Source of the DNA: an uncultured Ruminococcus sp.
GTDB taxonomy: Bacteria; Bacillota; Clostridia; Oscillospirales; CAG-272
Assembly: GCA_964463735.1 (NCBI GenBank)
Contig: CAYXDB010000002.1
Coordinates: forward strand, 1 to 37,286
DNA length: 37,286 bases
Reading direction: 5' to 3'
Below, one piece after another: positions 1 through 8,291 of this stretch (its first letter is position 1; each line of letters opens with the position of its first letter). The position numbers and the translations under genes were made by a program. The notes under the pieces were generated by a model. That model searched no databases. It was not told the origin of the DNA and saw nothing but the letters and a program-made list of their open reading frames with translations.

Positions 1-110
1 CTACCTCCCGGAGGGAGGCCTGGGAACGCGACTCCTTTCGCGCCCGGAGGGAGGCCACGGGGCCTGTCCCTACGGTTGGGAAGCTGGGGCGGCCTGGGTT
101 TTCGGTCGTT
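1..110. repeat. GC-rich repeat/palindrome cluster at the window edge ('cccggagggaggcc' x2, 'ggcctggg' x2, small hairpins)
   Basis: 'cccggagggaggcc' occurs at 8-21 and 44-57. The stem CCTCCC/GGGAGG lies at 4-18 and the stem cgcga/tcgcg at 27-42. The region is downstream of the mutS2 stop and truncated by the window edge. Confidence 0.3.
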
Positions 111-2507
111 TTATTTCAATTCTACCACCGTGACGCCGAGGTCGCCTTCCCCATACGCGCCATTACGATAGGAACGTACCCGGGGATCGTGGTGCAGGTC
201 ATTTTGCAATGCGGTGCGCAGGGCGCCGGTGCCTTTACCGTGGATGATGCGCACGCTTTGCATCCCGGAAAGCAGGGCTTCATCCAGATACTTATCCACC
301 AGGATCCATGCATCCTCCCCGATCATGCCGCGCACATCCAATTCCGCCTTAAAATCGTGGGAGACGTCTGTTTTCCCGCGTTCCTTCCCTTTGGTGGTCG
401 CTTTGCCGCTGTGGGGCTCCTTTTTTCCCTTTTCGACCAGGCGTATCTGTTCTAACGGGATCTTGGCGGACAGGATACCAGCGCGTACCCGCACGATGTT
501 ATTTTTATCCGGCAAGCTTTCCACGGTGGCATTCTGCCCGAGCCCGACCAAATAGACCTCATCCCCCAGGCGCAAGGGGCGGGGCAACGTATACGGCTCA
601 TCCGATGCGAAAGCAGATGGTTTAGCATACACGTCCTGCGCCGCTTCCGACAGGTGGGCACGGATATCCCGCTTCCCACTGGAAAGATCCGCGGCGAAAG
701 AAGGCCCTTGTTGCTTTTTACGGATATCCTCCAACTGTTTTAACACATAGTCGCTGGTGGCGCGGGCGCTTTCCAGTGTCTGCCGCGCTTTTTCCCGCAT
801 TTTATCAGACTCTTTTTCGGCTTCTGCCAATTGCTTCTGCATGCGGGATTCGGCCTTTTCCTTAAATGCCGCATATTCTGTACGCAGGCGGGCCGCCTCA
901 TTCCGTTCTCGCTCCATTTCTATACGGCTTTGCTCCAGTTTTTCTATGACGTTTTCAAAGCGGCGGCTATTGCCGGAGACGAGCCCTTCTGCCACTGCGA
1001 TGATGTCATCGCGCAGGCCCAATTTGGAGGATATGGCGAAGGCATTTGACTTCCCCGGGGTGCCAACGATCAGGCGATAGGTGGGGCGCAACGTCTCAAC
1101 ATCAAATTCACAAGACGCGTTCTGTACGCCGTCGCACTCAAGCGCGTAGGCCTTTAATTCGGCATAATGCGTGGTCGCCGCGGTGAGGGCCCCTTTGCTC
1201 TTCGTCCATTCCAGGATGGCATTGGCCAGCGCTGCCCCTTCTACGGGGTCGGTGCCCGCGCCCAATTCATCAAACAAGATCAGGGATCCCGGCGTTACTC
1301 TATCCAGCAGAGAGATGATATTGACCATGTGGGAAGAAAAGGTAGAGAGCGACTGCTCTATGCTCTGCTCATCCCCTATATCCACCAGGATCTCCTGAAA
1401 TATCCCTATCTCGGAGAGTTCCGATGCGGGGATCTGCAAGCCGGCCTGCACCATCAAGGCAAACAGCCCCAATGTTTTGAGCGTGACGGTTTTGCCGCCG
1501 GTATTGGGCCCGGTTATGACCAGTGTGCGGCAGGACTGCCCCAGCGCCACATCGATCGGGACGACCCGCTCCGGGTCCAGGAGGGGGTGCCGTGCGCGGC
1601 GTAGCGCTATCACGGGCTCTTTACGCAGCTGGGGCGCTTCTGCATGCATGCTTTCAGCAAGAGAGGCGCAGGAGAATATAAAGGCCAGCTCGGTGATCTG
1701 CAGATAATCTGTGGTGATGGTGCCGGAATGGTCTACGCAAAGGGCCGACAACTCGGCCAGGATACGCGCGATCTCCTGCTGTTCTTTATTCTCCAGCATG
1801 CGCAATTCGTTATTGGCATCGACGACGGCCATCGGCTCAATGAATAGTGTGGCGCCGGAAGAGGAGGTATCGTGCACCAGACCTTTCACCTCGTTCCGAT
1901 ATTCGACCTTGACCGGCACGACATAGCGGCCATCGCGGGTCGTTACGATATTCTCCTGCAGATAGCGCGATAAGGCGCCGCTTGCATATTTCTGCAAGAT
2001 CTCTTTGATGCGATTGTTGGCGGCACGCATCTTCCGGCGGATATCTGCCAGCGCGGGGCTGGCTTCGTCCGCGATGGTATCCTCGGACACGATCGCCCCT
2101 GTGATGCGCCTCTCCAATGTGCGGTCGGACAGCAACCGCCCAAAGATCTCCTGCAACGAATTATCCGACGCTTCACTGCTGTTTTGATAATCCAGCAAGG
2201 CGCGGGCTGTTTGCAGCACGGTGGCGATATTCAACAGTTCACGCGGGGAAAGGGATGCGCCCTTCTCTGCCCGTTCTACCGCCCCCAGGATATCCTGCAC
2301 GCCGGAAAAGGGCGGGTACCCTTTTTGCGCCAGCAGGCGCCGGGCATCCGCCGTATGCTTTTGGCGGCGCACCACTTCCTCATAATCATTGCTGGGGAGC
2401 AGTGACAGGGCGCGGGCCTTTGCCCCTTCTGTCAGTGCGCGCTCGGCCAAGGCCTGTACGATCTTATCATATTCTAAGGCGGTCAATGTTTTTTGCGTAT
2501 ATAGCAT
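111..2507 (-). CDS. mutS2: Endonuclease MutS2 (MutS-family ATPase with C-terminal Smr domain)
   Basis: 798-aa ORF. Walker A 'GPNTGGKT', 'STFSSHM', Walker B 'ILFDELGAGTDP', and a C-terminal Smr-like 'LDVRGM...IIHGKGTGALR'. The ATG at 2507 is preceded by AGGAG, which overlaps the recO stop. Confidence 0.95.
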   Translation of the reverse strand: MLYTQKTLTALEYDKIVQALAERALTEGAKARALSLLPSNDYEEVVRRQKHTADARRLLAQKGYPPFSGVQDILGAVERAEKGASLSPRELLNIATVLQTARALLDYQNSSEASDNSLQEIFGRLLSDRTLERRITGAIVSEDTIADEASPALADIRRKMRAANNRIKEILQKYASGALSRYLQENIVTTRDGRYVVPVKVEYRNEVKGLVHDTSSSGATLFIEPMAVVDANNELRMLENKEQQEIARILAELSALCVDHSGTITTDYLQITELAFIFSCASLAESMHAEAPQLRKEPVIALRRARHPLLDPERVVPIDVALGQSCRTLVITGPNTGGKTVTLKTLGLFALMVQAGLQIPASELSEIGIFQEILVDIGDEQSIEQSLSTFSSHMVNIISLLDRVTPGSLILFDELGAGTDPVEGAALANAILEWTKSKGALTAATTHYAELKAYALECDGVQNASCEFDVETLRPTYRLIVGTPGKSNAFAISSKLGLRDDIIAVAEGLVSGNSRRFENVIEKLEQSRIEMERERNEAARLRTEYAAFKEKAESRMQKQLAEAEKESDKMREKARQTLESARATSDYVLKQLEDIRKKQQGPSFAADLSSGKRDIRAHLSEAAQDVYAKPSAFASDEPYTLPRPLRLGDEVYLVGLGQNATVESLPDKNNIVRVRAGILSAKIPLEQIRLVEKGKKEPHSGKATTKGKERGKTDVSHDFKAELDVRGMIGEDAWILVDKYLDEALLSGMQSVRIIHGKGTGALRTALQNDLHHDPRVRSYRNGAYGEGDLGVTVVELK

Positions 2508-2516
2508 GATATTCTC

Positions 2517-3293
2517 CTAAGACTCCTGCGCTATCTCCCTGTAAAAATCCAGGGATCTGAAATTACGCTCCAGGTGATGGATGAGATATTGCTCAGACAG
2601 GACCGCAAAGCACCCCAGATCTGCGGGTGCGGCACGGAAGGCAAATACCCGTTCGGCGGCGCAGGAGAGCACGTACAGCAAAATGGCATGCGCACCAGCC
2701 GATACGGGGCACAGGATATGCGCGTGCCCTTCCTCATACGGATCGGGGGCGCCTGTTTCCTGGCATTCTTTACATAGCAAGGTGCCTTCCATAATGTCCA
2801 GGACGAAGGCACCTTCTTTTTTCCCACAAACGGAGCACCCTTCTGCCTGCGGCATAAATCCCAGCAAGGCCGCCGCACGCATTTCAAACACCGCCTTGAT
2901 CAGCGCAAGCGCATAATTCCCCTGCGTGATGGCGTATAAAGAATTCAGGACCAGGCGCAACAATTCCGGTTCGGGCGCGTTGACTTCCACCACGTCATCG
3001 GCCACGTCGCACAAATAGGCGGCCAGCGCCATGCGCCCCAGGTCATTGCGCAGGGCGAAAAAACTTTCCGTTAAGACGACTTCTTTGACCCAATATCGCT
3101 CCCCGCGCTGATACAAGATGAAATTGCCATAGCAGAACATTTCTGTTGCGGCCAGATACCGGCTCTTGAGTGCCCTGCTCCCTTTCGCATATACGGTCAT
3201 CTTGCCATTTTCCGCTGTAAAAAGCGTGATGAGGCGATCTGTTTCTGATAGATCCACCCGCCGGATCACCAATCCGTTCACTTCTACCAGCAT
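2517..3293 (-). CDS. recO: DNA repair protein RecO
   Basis: 258-aa ORF with an N-terminal OB-like 'LVIRRVDLSETDRLITLFT' and a Cys4 zinc finger 'CSVCG...CKEC'. It sits directly downstream of era, as in Bacillus. Confidence 0.9.
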   Translation of the reverse strand: MLVEVNGLVIRRVDLSETDRLITLFTAENGKMTVYAKGSRALKSRYLAATEMFCYGNFILYQRGERYWVKEVVLTESFFALRNDLGRMALAAYLCDVADDVVEVNAPEPELLRLVLNSLYAITQGNYALALIKAVFEMRAAALLGFMPQAEGCSVCGKKEGAFVLDIMEGTLLCKECQETGAPDPYEEGHAHILCPVSAGAHAILLYVLSCAAERVFAFRAAPADLGCFAVLSEQYLIHHLERNFRSLDFYREIAQES

Positions 3294-3297
3294 GGCA

Positions 3298-4182
3298 TCA
3301 TTCTTCCCGATAGCCGAAATTGTGCAAGGTGGACAGGTTATCCCGCCAGTTCTCCTTTACCCTGACCCAAAGATCGAGATAGACCTTCGTACCAAAGAAT
3401 TTCTCCAGGTCCTGGCGCGCATAAGTACCGATCGAGCGCAGTTTTTCTCCGTGGTGCCCGACGATGATGCCCTTGTGTGTCTGTTTTTCACAATAGATCT
3501 CGGCGCGGATGGACAACAGTTTTCCTTCTTCTTTGAATTCTTCAATGACTACGGCCGTGCCATGCGGGATCTCTTCATCCAGGGTGCGCAGCAACTTCTC
3601 CCGTATGATCTCGGCCACGATCTGCCGCTCCGGCTGGTCGGTTATCTCATCTGCCGCAAAATACCACGGGCTTTCACCCAAATAGCGGCGGCATTCTTCT
3701 AACACTGTATCGACCGATCGACCATGCTTGGCACTGATCGGGACGACCGCATCAAAGTCATAGGCTTCTGCATAGGCGGCGATCGTCTTGGCGACATTGG
3801 CGGCGCTGACGGCGTCTATCTTATTGATGACGAGGATCGCGGGCAATTTTTGCGCCCGGAAAGCGTCTATCAACCGGCTTTCAATATCCCCCACGGCCTC
3901 CCGCGCTTCCACGACCAGGATGGCCGCATCCACCTCACCGATCGTATTCGACGTCGTTTTGACCATGTAGTCGCCCAGGCGGGTACGCGGCTGATGCATG
4001 CCGGGCGTATCCAGAAATACGAACTGCTCTTCCCCTACCGTATGGATCCCCGTGATACGGTTACGCGTCGTCTGCGGTTTGCGCGATACGATGGCTATCT
4101 TTTCTCCCAATATTGCGTTCAGCAAAGTCGACTTACCGACATTAGGACGTCCTACGATGGCAATAAAGGCACTTTTTTTCAT
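3298..4182 (-). CDS. era: GTPase Era
   Basis: G1 'GRPNVGKST', G3 'DTPG', G4 'NKID' and a C-terminal KH region. Start chosen at MKKSAF (ATG 4182), which overlaps the ybeY stop as ATGA. The ORF-track extension to 4248 is rejected. Confidence 0.95.
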   Translation of the reverse strand: MKKSAFIAIVGRPNVGKSTLLNAILGEKIAIVSRKPQTTRNRITGIHTVGEEQFVFLDTPGMHQPRTRLGDYMVKTTSNTIGEVDAAILVVEAREAVGDIESRLIDAFRAQKLPAILVINKIDAVSAANVAKTIAAYAEAYDFDAVVPISAKHGRSVDTVLEECRRYLGESPWYFAADEITDQPERQIVAEIIREKLLRTLDEEIPHGTAVVIEEFKEEGKLLSIRAEIYCEKQTHKGIIVGHHGEKLRSIGTYARQDLEKFFGTKVYLDLWVRVKENWRDNLSTLHNFGYREE

Positions 4183-4706
4183 TGTCCGTTCCCCTGTTCT
4201 TGCATTTTCTTTTCTATCTTTTCCATGATGCAACGCTGCCGGGCGCACATCGTTTCTTCGTCTTCTGCCGAACGCTCATGATCATACCCCAGCAAGTGCA
4301 GCACGGAATGCACCGTCAAAAAAGCGATCTCACGCAATGTACTATGCCCCAGTTCTTTCGCCTGCGCGGCGGCGCGATCCACATTCAGCACCATGTCTCC
4401 CAGCGGGATGCATTCTTCCTCCAGCGGGTCCTCTTCATCCAACTCAAACAAGGGGAAAGAAAGAACATCCGTCTCGCTGTCTTTATGGCGGTAAGAAGCA
4501 TTCAGGGTGCGGATATAGGGCCCATCGCACAAGGTGACAGACAACTCTGCCGGATGGGCAAAGGATTCTTCCTGCAGTGTTATCTCGGCTGCCCACTGTA
4601 TGACCTGCTCGGTCTGCGCCGGCACGGGCATATCTTCCGGCTCTGTACTATAATAGATCTGCACATAGGAGCTCATCCCCTCACGGGCCTCACGATCGAC
4701 TTTCAT
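4179..4706 (-). CDS. ybeY: rRNA maturation endoribonuclease YbeY
   Basis: Zinc motif 'HSVLHLLGYDHE'. Start chosen at MKVDRE (4706), which has AAGGA about 6 nt upstream and overlaps the phoH 3' end by 17 nt. An alternative start is MSSYV at 4676. Confidence 0.85.
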   Translation of the reverse strand: MKVDREAREGMSSYVQIYYSTEPEDMPVPAQTEQVIQWAAEITLQEESFAHPAELSVTLCDGPYIRTLNASYRHKDSETDVLSFPLFELDEEDPLEEECIPLGDMVLNVDRAAAQAKELGHSTLREIAFLTVHSVLHLLGYDHERSAEDEETMCARQRCIMEKIEKKMQEQGNGQ

Positions 4707-5736
4707 GACTTGTCCTTTTCTGCACGCGGTGCACGGCATATCTTTCCTGCGAGGCACGTACAGCTTCCCTTTCATATTTATCATAAGCAAGAATGATCTT
4801 CTGTACCAAGCGGTGGCGCACCACATCGCGCTCGGTAAATGTGTGGATACAGATATCGTCTATCCCCTTCAGTATTTTGACGGCGACGGCCAGGCCGCTC
4901 TTTTTACCGTAGGGCAGATCGGTCTGTGTGGGGTCCCCCGTGACGATCACCCGCGAACCGTTCCCCAATCGGGTCAAGAACATCTTCATCTGTTCCGGCG
5001 TGGTATTCTGCGCTTCGTCCAGGATGATGAAGGAATTTTCCAATGTGCGCCCACGCATATAGGCCAGGGGGGCGATCTCAATGGCATTCTTTTCGACCAG
5101 CCGGGTGTAATTGTCCGGCCCCAGCATTTCAAAGAGTGCATCGTTCAGCGGACGCAGATACGGATCGATCTTGTTTTGCAGATCCCCCGGTAAGAATCCC
5201 AGTTTTTCGCCCGCTTCCACCGCGGGGCGGGTCAGGATGATGCGTTCCACTTGCTTTTGCCGTAACGCATCCACCGCCATCGCAACCGCCAGGAAAGTCT
5301 TCCCCGTTCCGGCGGGGCCTATCCCGAAGATCACGGTATTCCGGCGGATCGCCTGCACATATTGGCGCTGTCCTACCGTCCGTGGCTTGATCGGCTTCCC
5401 ACGCATGGTGATGCATACCACATCATCGCTATCCCATTCGGCCAATATGGCGTCCTCTCCTTCTACCACAAGAGAGAGGATATATTCTACGCTCTGATCG
5501 GTCAGCCCGCCATTGCTCCGCACCATGCGCATGAGATATTCCAGGACGCGGACAGCTTTCTTTGCCGCGTCTTCGCTATCGGCCGACACGGCAAGTGCGT
5601 CCCCGCCTGTGGGATGCTGTGTGTTGCGGATATGGACGCCCAAGCGTGCTTCTATCTGCTTTACATATTTGTCACAAGTACCAAAGAGCGCCGCCGTCAT
5701 CTCCTCAGACTCTACTGCGACTGTTTTCTCTATCAT
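4690..5736 (-). CDS. phoH: PhoH-like ATPase
   Basis: Walker A 'GPAGTGKTFLAVA' and Walker B 'ILDEAQN'. Start chosen at MIEKTV (ATG 5736), which overlaps the yqfD stop as ATGA and has GGAGG 5 nt upstream. Confidence 0.9.
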   Translation of the reverse strand: MIEKTVAVESEEMTAALFGTCDKYVKQIEARLGVHIRNTQHPTGGDALAVSADSEDAAKKAVRVLEYLMRMVRSNGGLTDQSVEYILSLVVEGEDAILAEWDSDDVVCITMRGKPIKPRTVGQRQYVQAIRRNTVIFGIGPAGTGKTFLAVAMAVDALRQKQVERIILTRPAVEAGEKLGFLPGDLQNKIDPYLRPLNDALFEMLGPDNYTRLVEKNAIEIAPLAYMRGRTLENSFIILDEAQNTTPEQMKMFLTRLGNGSRVIVTGDPTQTDLPYGKKSGLAVAVKILKGIDDICIHTFTERDVVRHRLVQKIILAYDKYEREAVRASQERYAVHRVQKRTSHESRS

Positions 5737-6923
5737 TCGCCCCTCCACCAGACGGTATCCACCCGTTGTTCCTGCGCGATATCTACGATGCAGGTAACGT
5801 GGCATGTCATGATGTATGCCGTATCGGTAAAATACCCTTCCGTACATTTTGAGAGCAATTCTGCATCCTGCAACCCGACCGCTAACTCCTGCTGCATCAG
5901 GCGCGTGGCGAGGAAGACCATTTCCTTTTCCCCCTGCTTTTCTTCTGTTTCCGTGCGCACGACGGTATAGCCGCGCACCGTATAAAAAGGCAGGCGTATC
6001 TGCCCCAGCAGATACCATTGCTCTTTCTCATATATTATAGCACACTCTGTAGGCAAATTTCCAGTTTTATCATAAATAATCCGATCTTTTCCCCATAAAT
6101 TCACGCGGTAATGGACATTTTTTTCTTCCTGCACTACTTCACATGCGATCTGGCGGGGCACGGTGACGGTAAAAGTGCGTTCTACCCGCCCGTAGACCTG
6201 CCCTTCGGCGTGTATCAGTTCTCCCCCCTCTTGCCCTTCTGTCACGCCGCTGACCAGCAACTGCCCGGCGCACACCGTCTGCCCCGCCCGTACTGCTGTC
6301 TCGCCGCGCAACACGGATAGCGAATCGATCACGGCATCCTCCCGGGCGATCAGATTGGTACAACTTCGTTCTTCTTCTCCTATCCCCTCCGGGCCTACAT
6401 CCTCCAGCACCTCCACATAGGCGACATTGCCTTGGCAGTACAGGCCGACCCATGCGAGCCCCGGCGTGTTCTGCTGGAGGCGCACGGCGATCTGCCGCCA
6501 TTCGCTGTGCTGTATATATTGCCCGATCGACAGGCCGGCACTGTCAAGCGATGCTAGGATCACTTCATCCGGGACGCGCTCATTCCCGGATATGCGAATG
6601 TCCCACACAAAATGTGAGGAGACGATGACCATGCACAGCGCGACCAGCGCACCGATGAGGAGTCCTACGCGTGCGCGGCAGTCCCACAACAGACCAAGCG
6701 ACCCCTGTAGCGCCATTTGCACAGGAAACGCGCCTTGCGCGAGCGCCGATCGTACCGCTTTTCTATACCACGGTGGAACAGAGACGGAAAACGTCTCCCC
6801 GTGACATTTTGTGCCGATCACCGGGATGGCATGGCTTGCCAGGAGGTTGAGGAGGGCGACCGTTCTATCCTTCGTGCAGGAGAAGGTGCAATAGCCCACC
6901 AAATGCCAAAAAGTATTCTTCAC
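5733..6923 (-). CDS. yqfD: Sporulation protein YqfD-like (stage IV, single TM)
   Basis: 396-aa ORF with one central TM ('LLIGALVALCMVIVSSHFVW') followed by 'DIRISGNERVPDEVI'. It lies between yqfC and phoH, as in B. subtilis. The GTG start overlaps the yqfC TGA (GTGA). Confidence 0.8.
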   Translation of the reverse strand: MKNTFWHLVGYCTFSCTKDRTVALLNLLASHAIPVIGTKCHGETFSVSVPPWYRKAVRSALAQGAFPVQMALQGSLGLLWDCRARVGLLIGALVALCMVIVSSHFVWDIRISGNERVPDEVILASLDSAGLSIGQYIQHSEWRQIAVRLQQNTPGLAWVGLYCQGNVAYVEVLEDVGPEGIGEEERSCTNLIAREDAVIDSLSVLRGETAVRAGQTVCAGQLLVSGVTEGQEGGELIHAEGQVYGRVERTFTVTVPRQIACEVVQEEKNVHYRVNLWGKDRIIYDKTGNLPTECAIIYEKEQWYLLGQIRLPFYTVRGYTVVRTETEEKQGEKEMVFLATRLMQQELAVGLQDAELLSKCTEGYFTDTAYIMTCHVTCIVDIAQEQRVDTVWWRGE

Positions 6924-7213
6924 GCCCCCACCTCACCGGAAAGAGAGATCTTCTGCACCACACCGCGCAACCGCATCTGCCCGGCGGTATACGAACAGCA
7001 GAGCAATGCATCCCCTTCTATCGTTACCGTTTTTCCATCCGAAAGCAAAAAGACCATACAGCAGGTGCTGTATTCACGGATCGCGGCAATACGTGCGATC
7101 GTCAGTTCCGCTTCCTTTCTCCGGCAAGAAAGGGCAATATCCGGTGACGCCCCCATGGCTACCGGGGTCATGTCGGCCATACGGCCAAAAAACCTTCCGC
7201 GCGCTTTTTTCAT
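6920..7213 (-). CDS. yqfC: Sporulation protein YqfC-like (YabP/YqfC family)
   Basis: About 97 aa, immediately upstream of yqfD, with a YabP/YqfC-like beta-rich C-terminal half. ATG 7213 has GGAGG 5 nt upstream. The ORF-track TTG start at 7228 is less likely. Confidence 0.65.
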   Translation of the reverse strand: MKKARGRFFGRMADMTPVAMGASPDIALSCRRKEAELTIARIAAIREYSTCCMVFLLSDGKTVTIEGDALLCCSYTAGQMRLRGVVQKISLSGEVGA

Positions 7214-7271
7214 ATACACCTCCGCCAATGCATATTTTTATATGATACTATATGAACGGAGGGGAGATAAC

Positions 7272-8213
7272 ATGCCCGCGACGCGCCTGAAAAAGATCGC
7301 CCGATACTTCCCGCTCGTCCTGCTCCCCGGGTGCATGCTGGTATTGCTACGGTTCCCCGCGGAGACCGTGCAAAGCGTGATGCAGGGGCTGCTGCTCTGT
7401 TACCGCAGTATCATTCCGTCTCTTTTTCCCTTTATGATCTTAAGCGACCTGTGGATCCGCAGTCTGTCGCCCGGCAAGCTATCGCGCCCCGGAAAAGAGC
7501 GAAAGATCCTCGGCGTGCGCCCCCTTGTCCTGCTACCGTTTCTGATCGGCGCGTGCGCCGGATTCCCGCTCGGCATAAAATGCCTCTGTGACCTATATGA
7601 CGAAAAGAAGATCACCTATCAAGAGGCGGTCTATGCCAGTTGCTTCTGCAACAATACCGGTCCCGCCTTCATCGTCATCGGGGTCGGACACATGCTGGGG
7701 GATGCCGCCTGGGGATGGAAACTGTACGGCATACAGATCGGGGCCTCCATATTGTGTGCCCTCCTGTTCCGCACGCCCCTGGTAGCAAAATGCGCTCTCC
7801 CGCCCCCCACCAGCGCACGCTCGACCGCGGCGCCACAAAGGATGGGGGCCGGCGGCGCCGTACAGCGTGCCGCGCTGGGGACACTGTATGTATGCGGATA
7901 TGTGACCATATTCTCGGTGTTGACTGGCATGCTAAAAAGTCTTCTTCCGGAATATCTGCTTTGGTTTATATTCCCGTTTCTTGAAATCAGTGGTGCCGCA
8001 TCCATGGCCGCGGCGATCTACGCCACGCATCCCAAAACTGGCATTTTGCTCTTGAGTACCGCGATCAATTTCGCCGGTGTTTCGGTACATTTGCAATCGG
8101 GCACCTATCTGCACCATGCCAAACTACCGACCTCCTATCATACTGCGGCAAAACTGTTGCAGGCAGTGATCGCCGATCTTATCACGCTGATATTGCTACA
8201 TATCAGCCCCTGA
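7272..8213 (+). CDS. Polytopic membrane protein, YlbJ-like (nucleoside-recognition/Gate-type sporulation integral membrane protein)
   Basis: ATG 7272 follows GGAGGGGAG, and the product has multiple hydrophobic helices. The N-terminus 'LLCYRSIIPSLFPFMILSDL' resembles YlbJ-family proteins. The ORF-track extension back to 6717 lies antisense to yqfC/yqfD and is rejected. Confidence 0.55.
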   Translation: MPATRLKKIARYFPLVLLPGCMLVLLRFPAETVQSVMQGLLLCYRSIIPSLFPFMILSDLWIRSLSPGKLSRPGKERKILGVRPLVLLPFLIGACAGFPLGIKCLCDLYDEKKITYQEAVYASCFCNNTGPAFIVIGVGHMLGDAAWGWKLYGIQIGASILCALLFRTPLVAKCALPPPTSARSTAAPQRMGAGGAVQRAALGTLYVCGYVTIFSVLTGMLKSLLPEYLLWFIFPFLEISGAASMAAAIYATHPKTGILLLSTAINFAGVSVHLQSGTYLHHAKLPTSYHTAAKLLQAVIADLITLILLHISP

Positions 8214-8240
8214 ATCCTACGTCTGCACCCTCTATGCAAG

Positions 8241-8275
8241 CAAAAAGACCGCACTCATGATGAGTGCGGTCTTTT
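8241..8275. terminator. Bidirectional rho-independent terminator between the convergent ylbJ-like and pck genes
   Basis: Perfect palindrome aaaagaccgcactcat-g-atgagtgcggtctttt, flanked by an A-run and a T-run. Confidence 0.85.
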
Positions 8276-8291
8276 GCTATATGGTCTTGCC

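Noticed and set aside
6717-7271. N-terminal 185-aa extension of the ylbJ-like ORF. Similar upstream extensions appear on the track ORFs for era (to 4248), ybeY (to 4826), phoH (to 6018), the GRE (to 35897), the activase (to 33609), ackA (to 29703), tmcAL (from 29703), dut (from 36727), the AraC regulator (from 35913) and spo0A (from 13510).
   Set aside because: The extensions overlap neighbouring genes or promoters, lack an RBS, and have non-protein-like composition. In each case an internal start with a good Shine-Dalgarno sequence, or an ATGA/GTGA coupling junction, gives the family-typical N-terminus.
7214-7271. Possible sigma-E promoters in the AT-rich yqfC/ylbJ-like divergent spacer. Both genes are sigma-E-dependent in B. 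subtilis.
   Set aside because: ATATT-like and CATA-like elements are present on both strands, but the spacings I could construct (4-8 nt or 13 nt with a poor -10) do not fit the sigma-E consensus geometry. I cannot support the call without a matrix scan.
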